A stretch of DNA of 64,000 nt from an uncultured Nitrospiraceae bacterium (GCA_963811165.1 CAWEQH010000010.1:736001-800000); one strand, 5' to 3'. Shown: positions 19,957-33,024, counted from the stretch's first letter. Numbers and translations are program-made. Notes: generated from the letters alone by a model not told the origin.

Positions 19957-21834
19957 TTAGACACTGAGCGTATGCTCTCTCATAAACGAAAGCACCGCGC
20001 TAAAGATCCCCTCTTCATCGAGCCCGTATTTGGCCCTCATGCTGTCGGGCTTGCCCTGTTCGATAAACTGATCGTCGATGCCGAGCCTCTTTACTTTGAC
20101 ATGGCCCATCTCATTGTCGGAGAGAAGTTCAACGACAGAACTTCCGAAGCCGCCCTGAAGCACGTTTTCCTCGATCGTAACAATCCGCGGGACACGCGAG
20201 GCCACAGAAAGGATCATCTCCTTGTCGAGGGGTTTTACAAAACGGGCGTTTATCACGGTCGCATGCACTCCGGCCTTCTCAAGCCTTTCTGCGGCCCTAA
20301 ATGCGGGCAAGACACAGTTGCCGATGGCAAGCAAGGCCAGATCAGGGCCTTCCTTAAGAAGCTCCGCATGGCCCAAGGTAACCTCGGAACAGGGCATATG
20401 CGCATCAGGGACCTTGCCTCTGGGGTAACGTATGGCAGATGGGCCCTCATGCCCGACTGCGAATTCGAACATCTTCCTCATCTCGTTTCCGTCTTTCGGG
20501 GCCATAAGGGTAAGGCGCGGGATATGCCTTAGATAGGAGATATCGTAAAGGCCGTTATGGGTCGGGCCGTCTTCGCCCACGATCCCCGCCCGGTCGATCG
20601 CAAAGATCACCGGCAGGTCCTGGAGGCAGACATCATGGATTATTTCATCATAGGCGCGCTGAAGAAACGTCGAGTAAATCGCAACCACCGGCCGAAGCCC
20701 CCTTGTTGCAAGACCGGCGGCAAACGTAGTGGCATGCGGCTCGGCGATGCCTACGTCGTAGAACCTCTCCGGGTATTTCTCGGCAAAACATTCGAGCCCG
20801 GTACCTTCCTTCATCGCCGCGGAAATGGCGATCACCCTCTCGTCGGTCTCGGCGATATCGGTTATGATCCGTCCGAAGACCGCGCTGTAAGTGGGCGCCC
20901 CTTTGGCGCCAAGCGGCGAGCCGGTCTCAAGTTCGAAGGGGCCGACCCCGTGGAATATGCAGGGGTCCTTCTCCGAAAACTCATAGCCCTTGCCCTTCTT
21001 CGTCATAAGGTGGATAAGTGTGGGAGAGCTTGCCCTCTTCACCGTTTTAAGCGTTTCTATGACCCGCTCTATATCATGCCCGTCAATAGGCCCGAAATAT
21101 TCGAACCCCAGTTCTTCAAACAGTATGCCCGGAAGTATCAGCCCCTTGATAAGCTCCTCGAACCTCTGCGCCATCTTCGCCATCGGCGAGCCGAGTTTCG
21201 GTATGCCCTCTAGGAAGGACTTCGTCTCCTTCCTGAACCTCCTATAGAACTCGCCCGAAAGTATCCTGTTCATGTAGGCCGACAGGGCGCCGACGTTTTG
21301 GGATATCGACATCTCGTTGTCGTTTAGTATCACGATAAGGTCTTTCTTTAAGTGCCCCGCGTGGTTGAGCCCCTCAAACGCCAGTCCCCCTGTAAGGGCG
21401 CCGTCGCCTATCACGGCGATGACCTTAAAGTCTTCTCTTTTTTTGTCGCGGCCCTCCAAGATGCCGAGCGCAGCCGATATCGAGGTGGAACTGTGGCCGG
21501 TGTTGAAGGCGTCATGAACACTCTCTTCCCTTTTTGGAAATCCCGAAATCCCATTTTCCTTTCTGATCGAGTGGAACCTCTCCCGCCTTCCGGTGATAAG
21601 TTTGTGGCTGTATGACTGGTGCCCCACGTCCCAGATTATCTTGTCTTTCGGCGAATCGAACACATAATGAAGGGCGAGAGTGAGCTCTACGACGCCCAAG
21701 TTCGAGGCAAGGTGGCCGCCGTTTACCGAGACGGTCTGAATGATCGTCTCCCTGAGTTCCCCTGCGAGTCTGCGGAGGTCCTCCGCCTTAAGTCCCTTAA
21801 GGTCCGAAGGCGAGTCGATTTTTTCGAGCAGCAT
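19957..21834 (-). CDS. dxs: 1-deoxy-D-xylulose-5-phosphate synthase
   Basis: GGHLASNLG, WDVGHQ, GDGALTGG, DVGIAE, DRAGIVGEDGPTH. Confidence 0.98.
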   Translation of the reverse strand: MLLEKIDSPSDLKGLKAEDLRRLAGELRETIIQTVSVNGGHLASNLGVVELTLALHYVFDSPKDKIIWDVGHQSYSHKLITGRRERFHSIRKENGISGFPKREESVHDAFNTGHSSTSISAALGILEGRDKKREDFKVIAVIGDGALTGGLAFEGLNHAGHLKKDLIVILNDNEMSISQNVGALSAYMNRILSGEFYRRFRKETKSFLEGIPKLGSPMAKMAQRFEELIKGLILPGILFEELGFEYFGPIDGHDIERVIETLKTVKRASSPTLIHLMTKKGKGYEFSEKDPCIFHGVGPFELETGSPLGAKGAPTYSAVFGRIITDIAETDERVIAISAAMKEGTGLECFAEKYPERFYDVGIAEPHATTFAAGLATRGLRPVVAIYSTFLQRAYDEIIHDVCLQDLPVIFAIDRAGIVGEDGPTHNGLYDISYLRHIPRLTLMAPKDGNEMRKMFEFAVGHEGPSAIRYPRGKVPDAHMPCSEVTLGHAELLKEGPDLALLAIGNCVLPAFRAAERLEKAGVHATVINARFVKPLDKEMILSVASRVPRIVTIEENVLQGGFGSSVVELLSDNEMGHVKVKRLGIDDQFIEQGKPDSMRAKYGLDEEGIFSAVLSFMREHTLSV

Positions 21835-22721
21835 TAGTTTTTCCTTTCAAGAAGATAGCGCGCAATCTCCCTCAGGGGGTCGGCGCTAAAAGAGAACGGG
21901 TCGAGGGACGATACGGCGTCGTCAACCAGTTTCTTTGCGATCTCCCGGGACCTTTCGAGCCCGTAGAGCCGCGGATAGGTCATCTTGTTGATCTTTTCGT
22001 CGGAACCGACAGATTTGCCCAAAACGCGCGTATCTCCTTCTATATCAAGTATATCATCAACCACCTGAAATGCATGTCCTATCTTTTCGCCGTATGAGGT
22101 CAATGCGCCCACAATCTCCGCATTGCTTCCAAAGAGGACCCCGCCGACCTTTACCGAGGCTCGGATAAGGGCCGCGGTCTTGTGCCGGTGAATGAACTGC
22201 AGGGTCTCAGCGTCCGCTTCGGCATTTTCTGAAAGGATATCCTGTACCTGTCCGGCGACCATGCCCTGATATCCCGACGCCGCGGCGATCTCCGCAGACG
22301 CCTTCAAAAGGTCCCTGTCTTTGACCTTGCTGCCGTGAGAAGAGTCGGAAAGTATCCGGAATGCCTCGGTGAGCAGGGCATCTCCCGCAAGGATCGCCAC
22401 GGCCTCGCCGTATACCTTGTGGTTCGTCGGTTTCCCCCTTCTTAGATCGTCGTCGTCCATGGCGGGCAGGTCGTCATGAATAAGGGAATAGGTATGGATA
22501 AGTTCCAGGGAAGATGCGTAGGGAACGATGTCCTCCGCATTGCCGCCGCAGGCCTCGTACGCGGCCATCGCAAGGATCGGTCTTACCCTCTTTCCGCCTG
22601 CAAAGAGAGAATAGAGCATCGACTCCTGAAGTACGGCCGGTCTCCTCTGCTCTTTGAAATAATCCCTGAAGAAAGAATCGACCGATTCTCTCTTGTCTTT
22701 CAGATATTTTTTTAAGTCCAT
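21834..22721 (-). CDS. ispA: Farnesyl diphosphate synthase/polyprenyl synthetase
   Basis: GGKRVRP, LIHDDLPAMDDDDLRRGKPTNH, FQVVDDILD. Confidence 0.95.
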   Translation of the reverse strand: MDLKKYLKDKRESVDSFFRDYFKEQRRPAVLQESMLYSLFAGGKRVRPILAMAAYEACGGNAEDIVPYASSLELIHTYSLIHDDLPAMDDDDLRRGKPTNHKVYGEAVAILAGDALLTEAFRILSDSSHGSKVKDRDLLKASAEIAAASGYQGMVAGQVQDILSENAEADAETLQFIHRHKTAALIRASVKVGGVLFGSNAEIVGALTSYGEKIGHAFQVVDDILDIEGDTRVLGKSVGSDEKINKMTYPRLYGLERSREIAKKLVDDAVSSLDPFSFSADPLREIARYLLERKN

Positions 22722-22746
22722 AGACCTTCCGTCCGGTCCGTCCTGT

Positions 22747-24285
22747 TTACTCCCACTCGATCGTGCCGGGCGGTTTCGAGGTGATATCGAAAACCACCCT
22801 GTTGACGCCCTTCACTTCGTTGATGATCCTGTTTGAGATCCTGCCTAAAACCTCATAGGGGACCTTCGCCCAATCCGCGGTCATGCCGTCTACGCTCGTG
22901 ACCGCTCGCACGGCCACGACACTTTCGTAAGTCCTTTCGTCTCCCATGACCCCGACACTCCTTATGGGAAGTATGACCGCAAACGCCTGCCAGATCTCGC
23001 GGTACAAACCCGCAGCCTTTATCTCTTCAAGCACGATCGCATCCGATTCCATCAGTATCCGGAGCCTCTCTTCGGTAATATCGCCTATGCAACGTATAGC
23101 GAGTCCGGGTCCCGGAAACGGATGTCTCCATGCGATCTCCTCGGGAAGTCCGAGTTCCTCGCCCAGGACCCTCACCTCGTCTTTAAATAACTCACGGAGG
23201 GGCTCGATCAGCTTCAGTTTCATTACGTCCGGAAGCCCGCCCACGTTATGGTGGCTCTTTATTACGGCTGAAGGGCCTTTAAACGAGACACTTTCGATAA
23301 CATCCGGATAGAGGGTGCCCTGGGCGAGAAACTCCGCATCCTTTATCTTCTTTGCCTCGTCTTCAAAGACCGCAATAAACTCGTTGCCTATGATCTTGCG
23401 TTTCTTCTCCGGCTCGGTGACTCCGCTGAGCTTTTCGATGAACCTCTTTCTTGCATCGACATGGACCAGCCTGATGTGGAAGTGCTCCTCGAAGGTCTTC
23501 TTCACCTTCTCCGCCTCGCCTTTTCTTAGGAGTCCATTGTCGACGAAGATGCAGGTCAGCTTGTCCCCAACGGCCTTATGGACCAAAAGTGCCACCACCG
23601 ACGAATCGACCCCCCCGCTTAAGGCGCATATCACCTTCTTCTGCCCCACCTTCGACCTGATGTCGCCGACCTGCCATTCTATGAACGACGACATCTCCCA
23701 TGTCGGTTTACAGCCGCATATACCGAAGATAAAATTATGCAGCATGCGAGTGCCTTCTTCGGTATGGGCCACCTCGGGATGAAACTGCAGAGCGTAAAAC
23801 TTCCTCTCCCTGTCGGCCATCACCGCCACCGGTGAATTGTCCGTATGGCCGATGGCCGAAAAACCCGCGGGAAGGGCCTCTATCCTGTCTCCGTGGCTCA
23901 TCCAGACCTTCGTGTCCGCCGACAGTCCCCATAGCAGATCGGTATCGTCGTCCACTTTCAGTTCGGCCCTGCCGTACTCCCGCTTTGCGGCCTTGGCGAC
24001 ATTGCCCCCAAGGGAATGGGCCATCAGTTGCATGCCGTAGCAGATACCGAGGACCGGGACGCCTAGCGTAAATACCTCCATATCGGGAAACGGCGCCCCC
24101 GCGTCGTATACACTGGAAGGCCCTCCTGAGAGGATGAGACCCTTCGGCCGGAACTCCTTTATCTTTTCAATGGGGGTGTTGAAAGGGAATATCTCAGAGT
24201 ATACCTTGCTCTCCCTTACACGGCGGGCGATAAGCTGAGTATACTGGGAACCGAAATCGAGGACCAATATTCTTTCTTCATGCAT
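22747..24285 (-). CDS. guaA: GMP synthase (glutamine-hydrolysing)
   Basis: [39 protein letters not shown]. Confidence 0.98.
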   Translation of the reverse strand: MHEERILVLDFGSQYTQLIARRVRESKVYSEIFPFNTPIEKIKEFRPKGLILSGGPSSVYDAGAPFPDMEVFTLGVPVLGICYGMQLMAHSLGGNVAKAAKREYGRAELKVDDDTDLLWGLSADTKVWMSHGDRIEALPAGFSAIGHTDNSPVAVMADRERKFYALQFHPEVAHTEEGTRMLHNFIFGICGCKPTWEMSSFIEWQVGDIRSKVGQKKVICALSGGVDSSVVALLVHKAVGDKLTCIFVDNGLLRKGEAEKVKKTFEEHFHIRLVHVDARKRFIEKLSGVTEPEKKRKIIGNEFIAVFEDEAKKIKDAEFLAQGTLYPDVIESVSFKGPSAVIKSHHNVGGLPDVMKLKLIEPLRELFKDEVRVLGEELGLPEEIAWRHPFPGPGLAIRCIGDITEERLRILMESDAIVLEEIKAAGLYREIWQAFAVILPIRSVGVMGDERTYESVVAVRAVTSVDGMTADWAKVPYEVLGRISNRIINEVKGVNRVVFDITSKPPGTIEWE

Positions 24286-24309
24286 GGCGGAATCGAGTCT
24301 CCTGCCCGT

Positions 24310-25794
<1,485 letters not shown>

Positions 25795-25923
25795 TTAACA
25801 CGACGCATCCCAATAAAGCAACGCGCCCGACGATTTGACGAAGAGATCTTGCGTGTCTTCAGTGAGGGGAAATAGCCCCACCCCTATATAATGAAGAGAT
25901 GCTTTTTTGTCCACTAATTTATC

Positions 25924-25953
25924 TTGACACCGACTCTTTGTTTTTATTATAGT
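25924..25953 (+). promoter_or_regulatory. Candidate sigma70 promoter upstream of the c7 cytochrome
   Basis: TTGACA-18 nt-TATAGT. Confidence 0.45.
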
Positions 25954-26111
25954 TTGAGGTATCTTATTGTTCCCAAATAGGCAAACATTTTACTATATGG
26001 GAAAAGGAGTCAGACATAAGTCCGCAGTTACTATCAATATCTTAGTGGCATAAAAATTGTTATCCTGTATAACAGGTTTCTAAATTTTTCATAATGAAAG
26101 GGGGTGAAGAG

Positions 26112-26429
26112 ATGAAGAAGACAGTATTGATCCTGACAGTTATCGTAGCCCTGGCATTCGTTGGCAGCGCATTCGCGGTTCCGAAGGGAAAGACCGTAGA
26201 ATTCACAGGCGGGAGCGAGGGCAAAGTAGTTTTTGACGGCGGAAAGCACGCAGAAAAGGGCTTGAAGTGCAACGATTGCCATACCAAGATATTCCCTATG
26301 AAGAAAGAAGAAGGGAAGTTCAAGATGGCGGATATGGAGGCCGGTAAGGCCTGCGGAACATGCCATAACGGCGAGAAGGCATTCAGCGTGAAGGACAAGG
26401 CAAACTGCGGAAAGTGCCATAAAAAGTAA
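26112..26429 (+). CDS. Triheme c7-type periplasmic cytochrome
   Basis: Signal peptide; CNDCH, CGTCH, CGKCH; ACGTCHNGEKAF. Confidence 0.93.
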   Translation: MKKTVLILTVIVALAFVGSAFAVPKGKTVEFTGGSEGKVVFDGGKHAEKGLKCNDCHTKIFPMKKEEGKFKMADMEAGKACGTCHNGEKAFSVKDKANCGKCHKK

Positions 26430-26457
26430 GGCAATTTTCGATTAGCTTTTTTCCTAT

Positions 26458-26490
26458 AGAAAGGCCGGAATTTATTCCGGCCTTTCTTTT
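26458..26490 (+). terminator. Rho-independent terminator
   Basis: AGAAAGGCCGGAA-TTTA-TTCCGGCCTTTCT followed by T-rich tail. Confidence 0.85.
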
Positions 26491-26612
26491 ATTCTCTTCT
26501 TCATTTTTTTGTCTAGGACTCCCGAAGTCCGTCTGCGCGGACAACCGCAGTGTCGGAGCGGAGCGAGAATGAGCGAAAGGGCAGTCCTTCCTGCACCCAT
26601 GAATAATCCGGG

Positions 26613-27527
26613 TTAGATTCTTGTGAGCCAGGAAGCGTACTTCCGGTTCCTGCCTTTTACCACATCGAAGAAAATCTTCTGCAGCCTCTCAGTGATCTTT
26701 CCGCGGCCGCCGTTGCCGATCTTTCTTCCGTCGACCTCCCTGATAGGGGTGACCTCGGCCGCTGTCCCGCTGAAGAAAGCCTCGTCCGAGATATAGACCT
26801 CGTCTCTCGTGAAGCGTTCCTCTATCACGGGTATCTTTTCGTCCCTGGCGATCCTGATAATGCTTTCCCTGGTAATCCCCTCGAGAATAGACGTCAGGGG
26901 CGTGGTCTTTATACGGCCGTCCCTGACGATGAAGACATTCTCCCCGCTCCCCTCCGACACATATCCTTCGGTATCCAGAAGAAGGGCCTCATCATAGCCG
27001 CAGGCTATCGCCTCTCTCTTGGCGATCTGCGAGTTTACGTAATAGCCGCACACCTTTCCCCTCGTCATATCGATGTTTACATGGTGGCGGGTGAAGGAGG
27101 AAACTTTGACCCTAATGCCCTTTTCGAGCCCCTCGTCTCCCAAATAGGCGCCCCATGGCCAGACGGCCACCGAGACCTTGATCGGGTTATCTTTCGGATA
27201 GAGCCCCATAGCGCCGTACCCGATATAGACGAGCGGCCTGATATAGCACTCCTTCATCCCGTTGACCTTCACCGTCTTGATGATGGCAGACCTGATCTGC
27301 TCCCTCGAAAAGGGCATCTTCATCATAAATATGTGCGCAGAGTCGAAGAGCCTTTCTACATGTTCGTCGAGGCGGAAGATTGCCGAACCCTTCCCGGTCT
27401 CGTAACAGCGTATCCCTTCGAACACACCGAGGCCGTAATGGAGGGTATGGGTAAGGACATGGACGTTGGCGTCGTCCCAGGAGACGAGCTTACCGTCCAT
27501 CCAAATTTTGTCTGATTTTTTTATCAT
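26613..27527 (-). CDS. ilvE: Branched-chain amino acid aminotransferase
   Basis: [39 protein letters not shown]. Confidence 0.96.
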   Translation of the reverse strand: MIKKSDKIWMDGKLVSWDDANVHVLTHTLHYGLGVFEGIRCYETGKGSAIFRLDEHVERLFDSAHIFMMKMPFSREQIRSAIIKTVKVNGMKECYIRPLVYIGYGAMGLYPKDNPIKVSVAVWPWGAYLGDEGLEKGIRVKVSSFTRHHVNIDMTRGKVCGYYVNSQIAKREAIACGYDEALLLDTEGYVSEGSGENVFIVRDGRIKTTPLTSILEGITRESIIRIARDEKIPVIEERFTRDEVYISDEAFFSGTAAEVTPIREVDGRKIGNGGRGKITERLQKIFFDVVKGRNRKYASWLTRI

Positions 27528-27583
27528 GGCCCATTATTTAACCAATTGAGCTTGACCGCTGTCAACTTATTTTGTTGGCGCAA

Positions 27584-29230
27584 TTACATCTTCTCTGGTG
27601 CGGTCACTCCGAGTATCGACAAGGCGTCGGACAGGACAACCTTGATCCCCATGCATAGGGCAAGCCTCGCCTTCGTCATCGCCTCGTCATCCGTAATTAC
27701 CTTATATTTATGGTAATAGGGATGGAACATGCCTGCGAGTTCCTGCAGGTAAAAGGTTATCCGGTGAGGCTCAAAGGCCCTGGCCGCCCCTTCGAGCATC
27801 ATAGGGTAAGCAAGGAGTTTTTTTACAAGCGTCATCTCCTCAGTATTGAGGAGAGAAAAATCGATATCCCCTGTTTCGATGTCGATGCCCTTCTCAGTCG
27901 CGTTTGCGAGGATACTGTTTATCCTTGCATTTGCGTACTGGACGTAAAAGACCGGGTTTTCGGCAGAAGTGGCCGTTACGACGTCGATGTCGAAATCGAG
28001 GTGGCTGTCCGACTTTCTGGTAAGAAAGATGAATTTTGTCGTGTCGGCGCCGACGAGGTCGACGACATCTCCGAGGGTGACAAAATTCCCCGCCCGCTTC
28101 GACATCTGAAAGGGCTCGCCCTGTTTCAGGAGATTTACCATCTGCACAAGGATGACCCTGAACTTGGAGCTGTCGTAGCCGAAGGCCTTCATGACCGACT
28201 CTATCCTCGGTATGTAGCCATGGTGGTCAGCTCCCCATATATCTGCGATAACGTCGTATCCCCTGTCGAGTTTGTCTTTGTGATAGGCGATGTCGGAGGC
28301 AAAATAGGTATATTCACCGTCGCTCTTTATGACGACCCTGTCCTTGTCGTCTCCGAATTCGCTCGAACGAAACCAGAGGGCGCCGTCTTTCTCATATATA
28401 AATCCCTTTCCCCTGAGGGCCTCTATCGCCCCGGTCACTTCACCTTTTTCATAGAGCTGCCTCTCGCTGACCCAGTTTGTGAAGTCCCTGATATGAAAAG
28501 TTGCGATATCCCCCCTGATGAGAGTAAGCATCCTCTCATATGCCCACGAGGTGATCTCCTTTTCGCATTCCTCAAAGGGCAAGCCGCGGAATTTGTCCTT
28601 TCCCTCGGCCCTGAGCGCCGCCGCCTCGTCGTCTATATACTGCCCGCGATAGCCTTCTTTCGGGAATTCGGCATCGAGCCCAAGGAGTTGCTGATACCTG
28701 GCGTAAACGGACATGCCGAGCAATCTCACCTGCCGGCCGGCATCATTGATGTAATACTCCCTTTCGACTATGAAACCTGTTTCCTCAAGCAGGTTGCAAA
28801 GGGCATTGCCGACGGCAGCCCCCCTGGCGTGGCCTATATGCAGAGGCCCGGTGGGATTGGCGCTTACGAATTCAACGAGCGCCTTTCTGCCCTGTCCGAC
28901 GTCTTCCCTCAGCATGGACCTGTCCCCGGCAAGGACCTTTTTCAACTGCAGATGAAGATACTCGCGGGTAAACGTAAAGTTGAGAAAGCCGGGACCTGCG
29001 ATATCTACCTTCTCAAAGATACTCCGGTCCGCTATCGCCGCGATGATCTCCTCGGCGACCTTGCGGGGGGCCTTTCTGAGCTGTTTTGCGAGTCCCATAG
29101 CAACAGGCGTAGAGAGGTCACCGAAAGTCTCGGCCTTCGGGACCTCTATCTCGATCCCGGGCAGCGGAGTTATCCCCATCGATTCAAGGGCGGATTTGAG
29201 TATTTTTACGAGGTCTTTTTTCATACGCAT
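27584..29230 (-). CDS. argS: Arginine--tRNA ligase
   Basis: VEFVSANPTGPLHIGH, WGADHHGY, MSKRAG, YVQYA. Confidence 0.98.
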   Translation of the reverse strand: MRMKKDLVKILKSALESMGITPLPGIEIEVPKAETFGDLSTPVAMGLAKQLRKAPRKVAEEIIAAIADRSIFEKVDIAGPGFLNFTFTREYLHLQLKKVLAGDRSMLREDVGQGRKALVEFVSANPTGPLHIGHARGAAVGNALCNLLEETGFIVEREYYINDAGRQVRLLGMSVYARYQQLLGLDAEFPKEGYRGQYIDDEAAALRAEGKDKFRGLPFEECEKEITSWAYERMLTLIRGDIATFHIRDFTNWVSERQLYEKGEVTGAIEALRGKGFIYEKDGALWFRSSEFGDDKDRVVIKSDGEYTYFASDIAYHKDKLDRGYDVIADIWGADHHGYIPRIESVMKAFGYDSSKFRVILVQMVNLLKQGEPFQMSKRAGNFVTLGDVVDLVGADTTKFIFLTRKSDSHLDFDIDVVTATSAENPVFYVQYANARINSILANATEKGIDIETGDIDFSLLNTEEMTLVKKLLAYPMMLEGAARAFEPHRITFYLQELAGMFHPYYHKYKVITDDEAMTKARLALCMGIKVVLSDALSILGVTAPEKM

Positions 29231-29373
29231 TCGCCGGAGATAAAGTTTATAGATGAGTGATGGGGAAAGTCAAATGCGGGGGAAAATAATTAATAATTAG
29301 CGCCCTTGCCGCAATTTGATATAATGATACAATATCTCAATTAAGGTTTATCGAAAGAGGATGGATCGAAATA

Positions 29374-32300
29374 TTGGATAAATCGGCTGAATGGGAACTG
29401 ATCCGCGAGCGCAAAGAGGCCGAGGAGAAATTGCGGATCTCCTACCTTTTTTTGGAAGCAGTTCACAGGCACAGAGATATGCCGCCTCTGCTCGATGAAT
29501 ATGTGTCTCTGATAAAGGCGTACACAGGGTGCAATTCCGTCGGCATTCGGATACTCGATGAGGCAGGAGGGATTCCCTATCGTTCGTACGAGGGGTTCAG
29601 CTCCCTGTTTTACGAGTCGGAGAGTCCCCTTTCCATTAACAGGGACCAATGTATGTGCATAAACGTAATCAAGGGCTCCGTCGACCCTGGCAAGCCCTTT
29701 TATACCGAGGGCGGCTCCTTCTATATGAACGGCACAACCCGCTTCCTCGCCACGGTATCTGACGAAGTGAAAGGCCGGACCAGGAATGTCTGCAACAAAG
29801 AGGGATACGAATCAGTGGCATTAGTGCCTTTTTGGTCGGACGGGCGGATTCTCGGTCTAATACACGTGGCGGACCAGAGGGAAAACATGGTGCCCCTTAA
29901 GGCAGTACAGATGCTCGAGAAGGCCGCTATGCAGCTGGGCACCGCCCTTCATCGCATCCTCGCGGAGGAGGCGATGCGACAGGCCCAGGCCCGCTTGGAA
30001 TCTATTCTTGGCAGTGTGGCAGACACCCATATTCTCTTCGACCGGCAATGGCGCTACCTTTACGTCAATGAAGCCGCTGCCCGTGCTATCGGGCGGCCGC
30101 GGGAAGAAATACTGGGGAATACCCTTTGGGGGCTTTTCCCTGACATCGCCAACACAGAGCTGGGGCTCCAGTATCTCCGCTCGATGGTGGAACGCGTCCC
30201 GGTTTCCTTCGAGTTCCATTATCCGGCCTCGGATACCTGGTGGGAGAACCGTTTTTATCCTGCGCCGGAGGGCCTATCGGTGTTCGCAACCGACATCACC
30301 GAGCGGAAAAAGACAAAAGAGGCGTTGTTGGAACGAGAGGCCCTTTTCTCTACAGTATTCCACAGCAGTCCTATCGGCATCGTCATCTCCAGACTATCTG
30401 ACGGCCTGATCTACGATGTGAATGAAACGTTCCTGAGTACCTATGGCCTTGCACGCGAGGAGGCGATAGGCCATACGTCTTACGAGCTGAAAATTTGGAC
30501 CAATCCTGAGGAGCGTGCCAATATGGCCGAGTTGTTGCGCCGGAAAGGGCGAGTGCAGAATTTCGGGGCCAAGTTCCGGAGGAAGTCCGGACAAGTCGGT
30601 GATCTGCTCATATCTGCCGAACTGATCGAGCTGACCGGCGAGCAGTGCGTACTGGGTATGTTTTCGGACATCACCGAGCTGAGGCGTGCTGAGGATGAGC
30701 TGCGAAGAAGCGAGGAGCGTTACAGGTCCTTATTTGAAAACATGATCGAGGGCTATGCATATTGCAAGATGCTTTTCGAGGGTAAGGAACCGATCGATTT
30801 TGTCTACATCGATGTCAATAACGCCTTTGAAAAATTGACCGGCCTAAGAAACGTGATCGGGAAAAAGGTCACCGAGGTCATTCCACGGATCCGGGAGACC
30901 AACCCTGAACTCTTCGAGATCTACGGCAGAGTTGCCTTGACAGGAGAGTCTGAGCGGTTTGAGACGTTTGTGGGTTCCCTGGGGATATGGTTTTCCGTTT
31001 CCGTCTACAGCCCGAAAAAAGGATATTTTGTGGCCGTCTTCGACAATATCACGAAGCGCAAAAAGGCAGAAGAGGAAATCCAGATAAGAGACGTCGCCAT
31101 CCAGTCTTCGATCAGCCCCATAGGCATGGCAGACTTAAACGGCAATATTATCTTTGCCAACGGCTCATACTTAAGGCTCTGGGGCTATGACGATCTGAAG
31201 GAGATTGTGGGCAAACACATCTCGGAATTTGCCTTATCGCAGGGGCAAAGCGCAGAAGTTGCAGCCTCACTTCTGTCGGGGAAGGGATACATAGGAGAGG
31301 GCGGAGCCATAAGAAAGGACGGGTCTGCTTTCGATGTGCAGATATCGGCCAACCTGGTGAAGTCGCGCGAGGGGAAACCGGTATGCCTGATGGCTTCATT
31401 CGTCGACATCACCGACCGCAAACGGGCAGAGAAGGCCCTGCAGGAGTCGGAAAGAAACTATCGCAACCTGGTCGATAACGCCCTCGTGGGCGTGTACCGG
31501 TCCACCATCGAAGGCCATTTCCTTTATGTGAACGAGGCAATGGCGCGTATATTTGAGTGCGGGTCTCCAAAGGAAATGCTCTCTGAAGATGTACAGCTAA
31601 GATACAAAAGCCCAAAAGACAGAGAATGTTTCATTGAGAGGCTTAAACAGCACGGCGCGGTCAGCAACTACGAAATCGAAGTCCCCACCAAGGACGGAAA
31701 ACTCGTCACAATACTTATCAGCGCCACGCTGGACAACGGGATCATTTCCGGCATGGTCCTCGACATCACGGAGTATAAAAGGCTCGAGGAACAGTTCCTT
31801 CATGCCCAGAAAATTGAGGCGATCGGACTGCTGGCAGGCGGCGTCGCGCACGATTTCAACAATATCCTCTCGGCGATCATCGGCTACTCAGAGATTATGT
31901 TGATGAAGATGCAGGGAGATGATCCTCTACGGAACTACCTGGAACAGATAATGGCGTCATCCAACCGCGCCACTGTCCTTACGCAGAGCCTGCTGGCCTT
32001 CGGCAGAAAGCAACCGGTCAATCTTGCCGTTATCGATCTGAACAAAGTGATAAAGGGATTCGAGAAATTCCTCCTCAGGCTTATCAGAGAGGACATAGCG
32101 CTGCAAACGGCATACGAAGGAGACGCTCTTCACGTGCTGGCCGACAAAGGACAGGTCGAACAGGTCATCATGAACCTTGTGACAAACGCGCGTGATGCCA
32201 TGCCCGAAGGCGGGAGCCTTCTTATCGCGACGGGGCGTATATATCTTGGCCGGGCCTTCATCGACTCTCAGGGATACGGCAAGCCGGGCGAATACGCCGT

Positions 32301-32934
32301 TGTTACCGTGACCGATACGGGCGGCGGCATGGATGAACCCACAATAGCGCGCATCTTCGAGCCGTTTTATAGTACTAAAGAACAGGGAAAGGGCACGGGA
32401 CTCGGTCTTTCCATGGTGCATGGTACAGTGAAAAAGCATAACAGTTTCATCACCGTTACCAGCGAGCCTGGCCATGGGACGACCTTTACTATTTATTTCC
32501 CCCTCGTCCGGGTGGCCGCGCAGGCCGAACCGCATAGAGAAAAAAAACCGGCCGAGGTCCGGGGAGGTAAGGAGACCATCCTCCTGGCGGAAGACGATGT
32601 TTCGCTCAGGCGTCTCTATACGTTAGCACTCAAAGATTTCGGCTATGCCGTCATAGAGGCGGTTGACGGGGAAGATGCGATTTCCCGGTTCAGGGAGAAC
32701 AGGGAAAGAATTCAGCTGACCATCCTTGACGGGATCATGCCGAAGATGAACGGAAACGAGGCATACAGGGAAATCATGGCCTTGAACCCCGGGATAAAGT
32801 GCATCTTCATAAGTGGATATCCGGAGAACATATTTACCCAAAACGGCATGCCCGACGGCAAAACCGAACTCATTCTCAAACCGATCTCGCCTGTTGATCT
32901 TCTGACAAAGATCAGGGCTGTGCTGGACGGGTAA
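29374..32934 (+). CDS. Hybrid sensor histidine kinase (GAF, multiple PAS, HisKA, HATPase, REC)
   Basis: LAGGVAHDFNN, NARDAM, DTGGGM, FEPF..TK..GKGTGLGL, C-terminal receiver; start codon (TTG) uncertain. Confidence 0.93.
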   Translation: MDKSAEWELIRERKEAEEKLRISYLFLEAVHRHRDMPPLLDEYVSLIKAYTGCNSVGIRILDEAGGIPYRSYEGFSSLFYESESPLSINRDQCMCINVIKGSVDPGKPFYTEGGSFYMNGTTRFLATVSDEVKGRTRNVCNKEGYESVALVPFWSDGRILGLIHVADQRENMVPLKAVQMLEKAAMQLGTALHRILAEEAMRQAQARLESILGSVADTHILFDRQWRYLYVNEAAARAIGRPREEILGNTLWGLFPDIANTELGLQYLRSMVERVPVSFEFHYPASDTWWENRFYPAPEGLSVFATDITERKKTKEALLEREALFSTVFHSSPIGIVISRLSDGLIYDVNETFLSTYGLAREEAIGHTSYELKIWTNPEERANMAELLRRKGRVQNFGAKFRRKSGQVGDLLISAELIELTGEQCVLGMFSDITELRRAEDELRRSEERYRSLFENMIEGYAYCKMLFEGKEPIDFVYIDVNNAFEKLTGLRNVIGKKVTEVIPRIRETNPELFEIYGRVALTGESERFETFVGSLGIWFSVSVYSPKKGYFVAVFDNITKRKKAEEEIQIRDVAIQSSISPIGMADLNGNIIFANGSYLRLWGYDDLKEIVGKHISEFALSQGQSAEVAASLLSGKGYIGEGGAIRKDGSAFDVQISANLVKSREGKPVCLMASFVDITDRKRAEKALQESERNYRNLVDNALVGVYRSTIEGHFLYVNEAMARIFECGSPKEMLSEDVQLRYKSPKDRECFIERLKQHGAVSNYEIEVPTKDGKLVTILISATLDNGIISGMVLDITEYKRLEEQFLHAQKIEAIGLLAGGVAHDFNNILSAIIGYSEIMLMKMQGDDPLRNYLEQIMASSNRATVLTQSLLAFGRKQPVNLAVIDLNKVIKGFEKFLLRLIREDIALQTAYEGDALHVLADKGQVEQVIMNLVTNARDAMPEGGSLLIATGRIYLGRAFIDSQGYGKPGEYAVVTVTDTGGGMDEPTIARIFEPFYSTKEQGKGTGLGLSMVHGTVKKHNSFITVTSEPGHGTTFTIYFPLVRVAAQAEPHREKKPAEVRGGKETILLAEDDVSLRRLYTLALKDFGYAVIEAVDGEDAISRFRENRERIQLTILDGIMPKMNGNEAYREIMALNPGIKCIFISGYPENIFTQNGMPDGKTELILKPISPVDLLTKIRAVLDG

Positions 32935-33024
32935 GCAACTTATCTGCTATAGAATCCCGATTATTCATCGCGTTCATTCGGCAAATAGTATACTGACTAA
33001 TCAGGCGCCTGCCATCCGCCGGCC

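Noticed and set aside
26515..26590. Short element bounded by AGGACT/AGTCCT with GAGCG repeats
   Set aside because: Single copy in the window and weak symmetry; cannot be supported as a mobile repeat.
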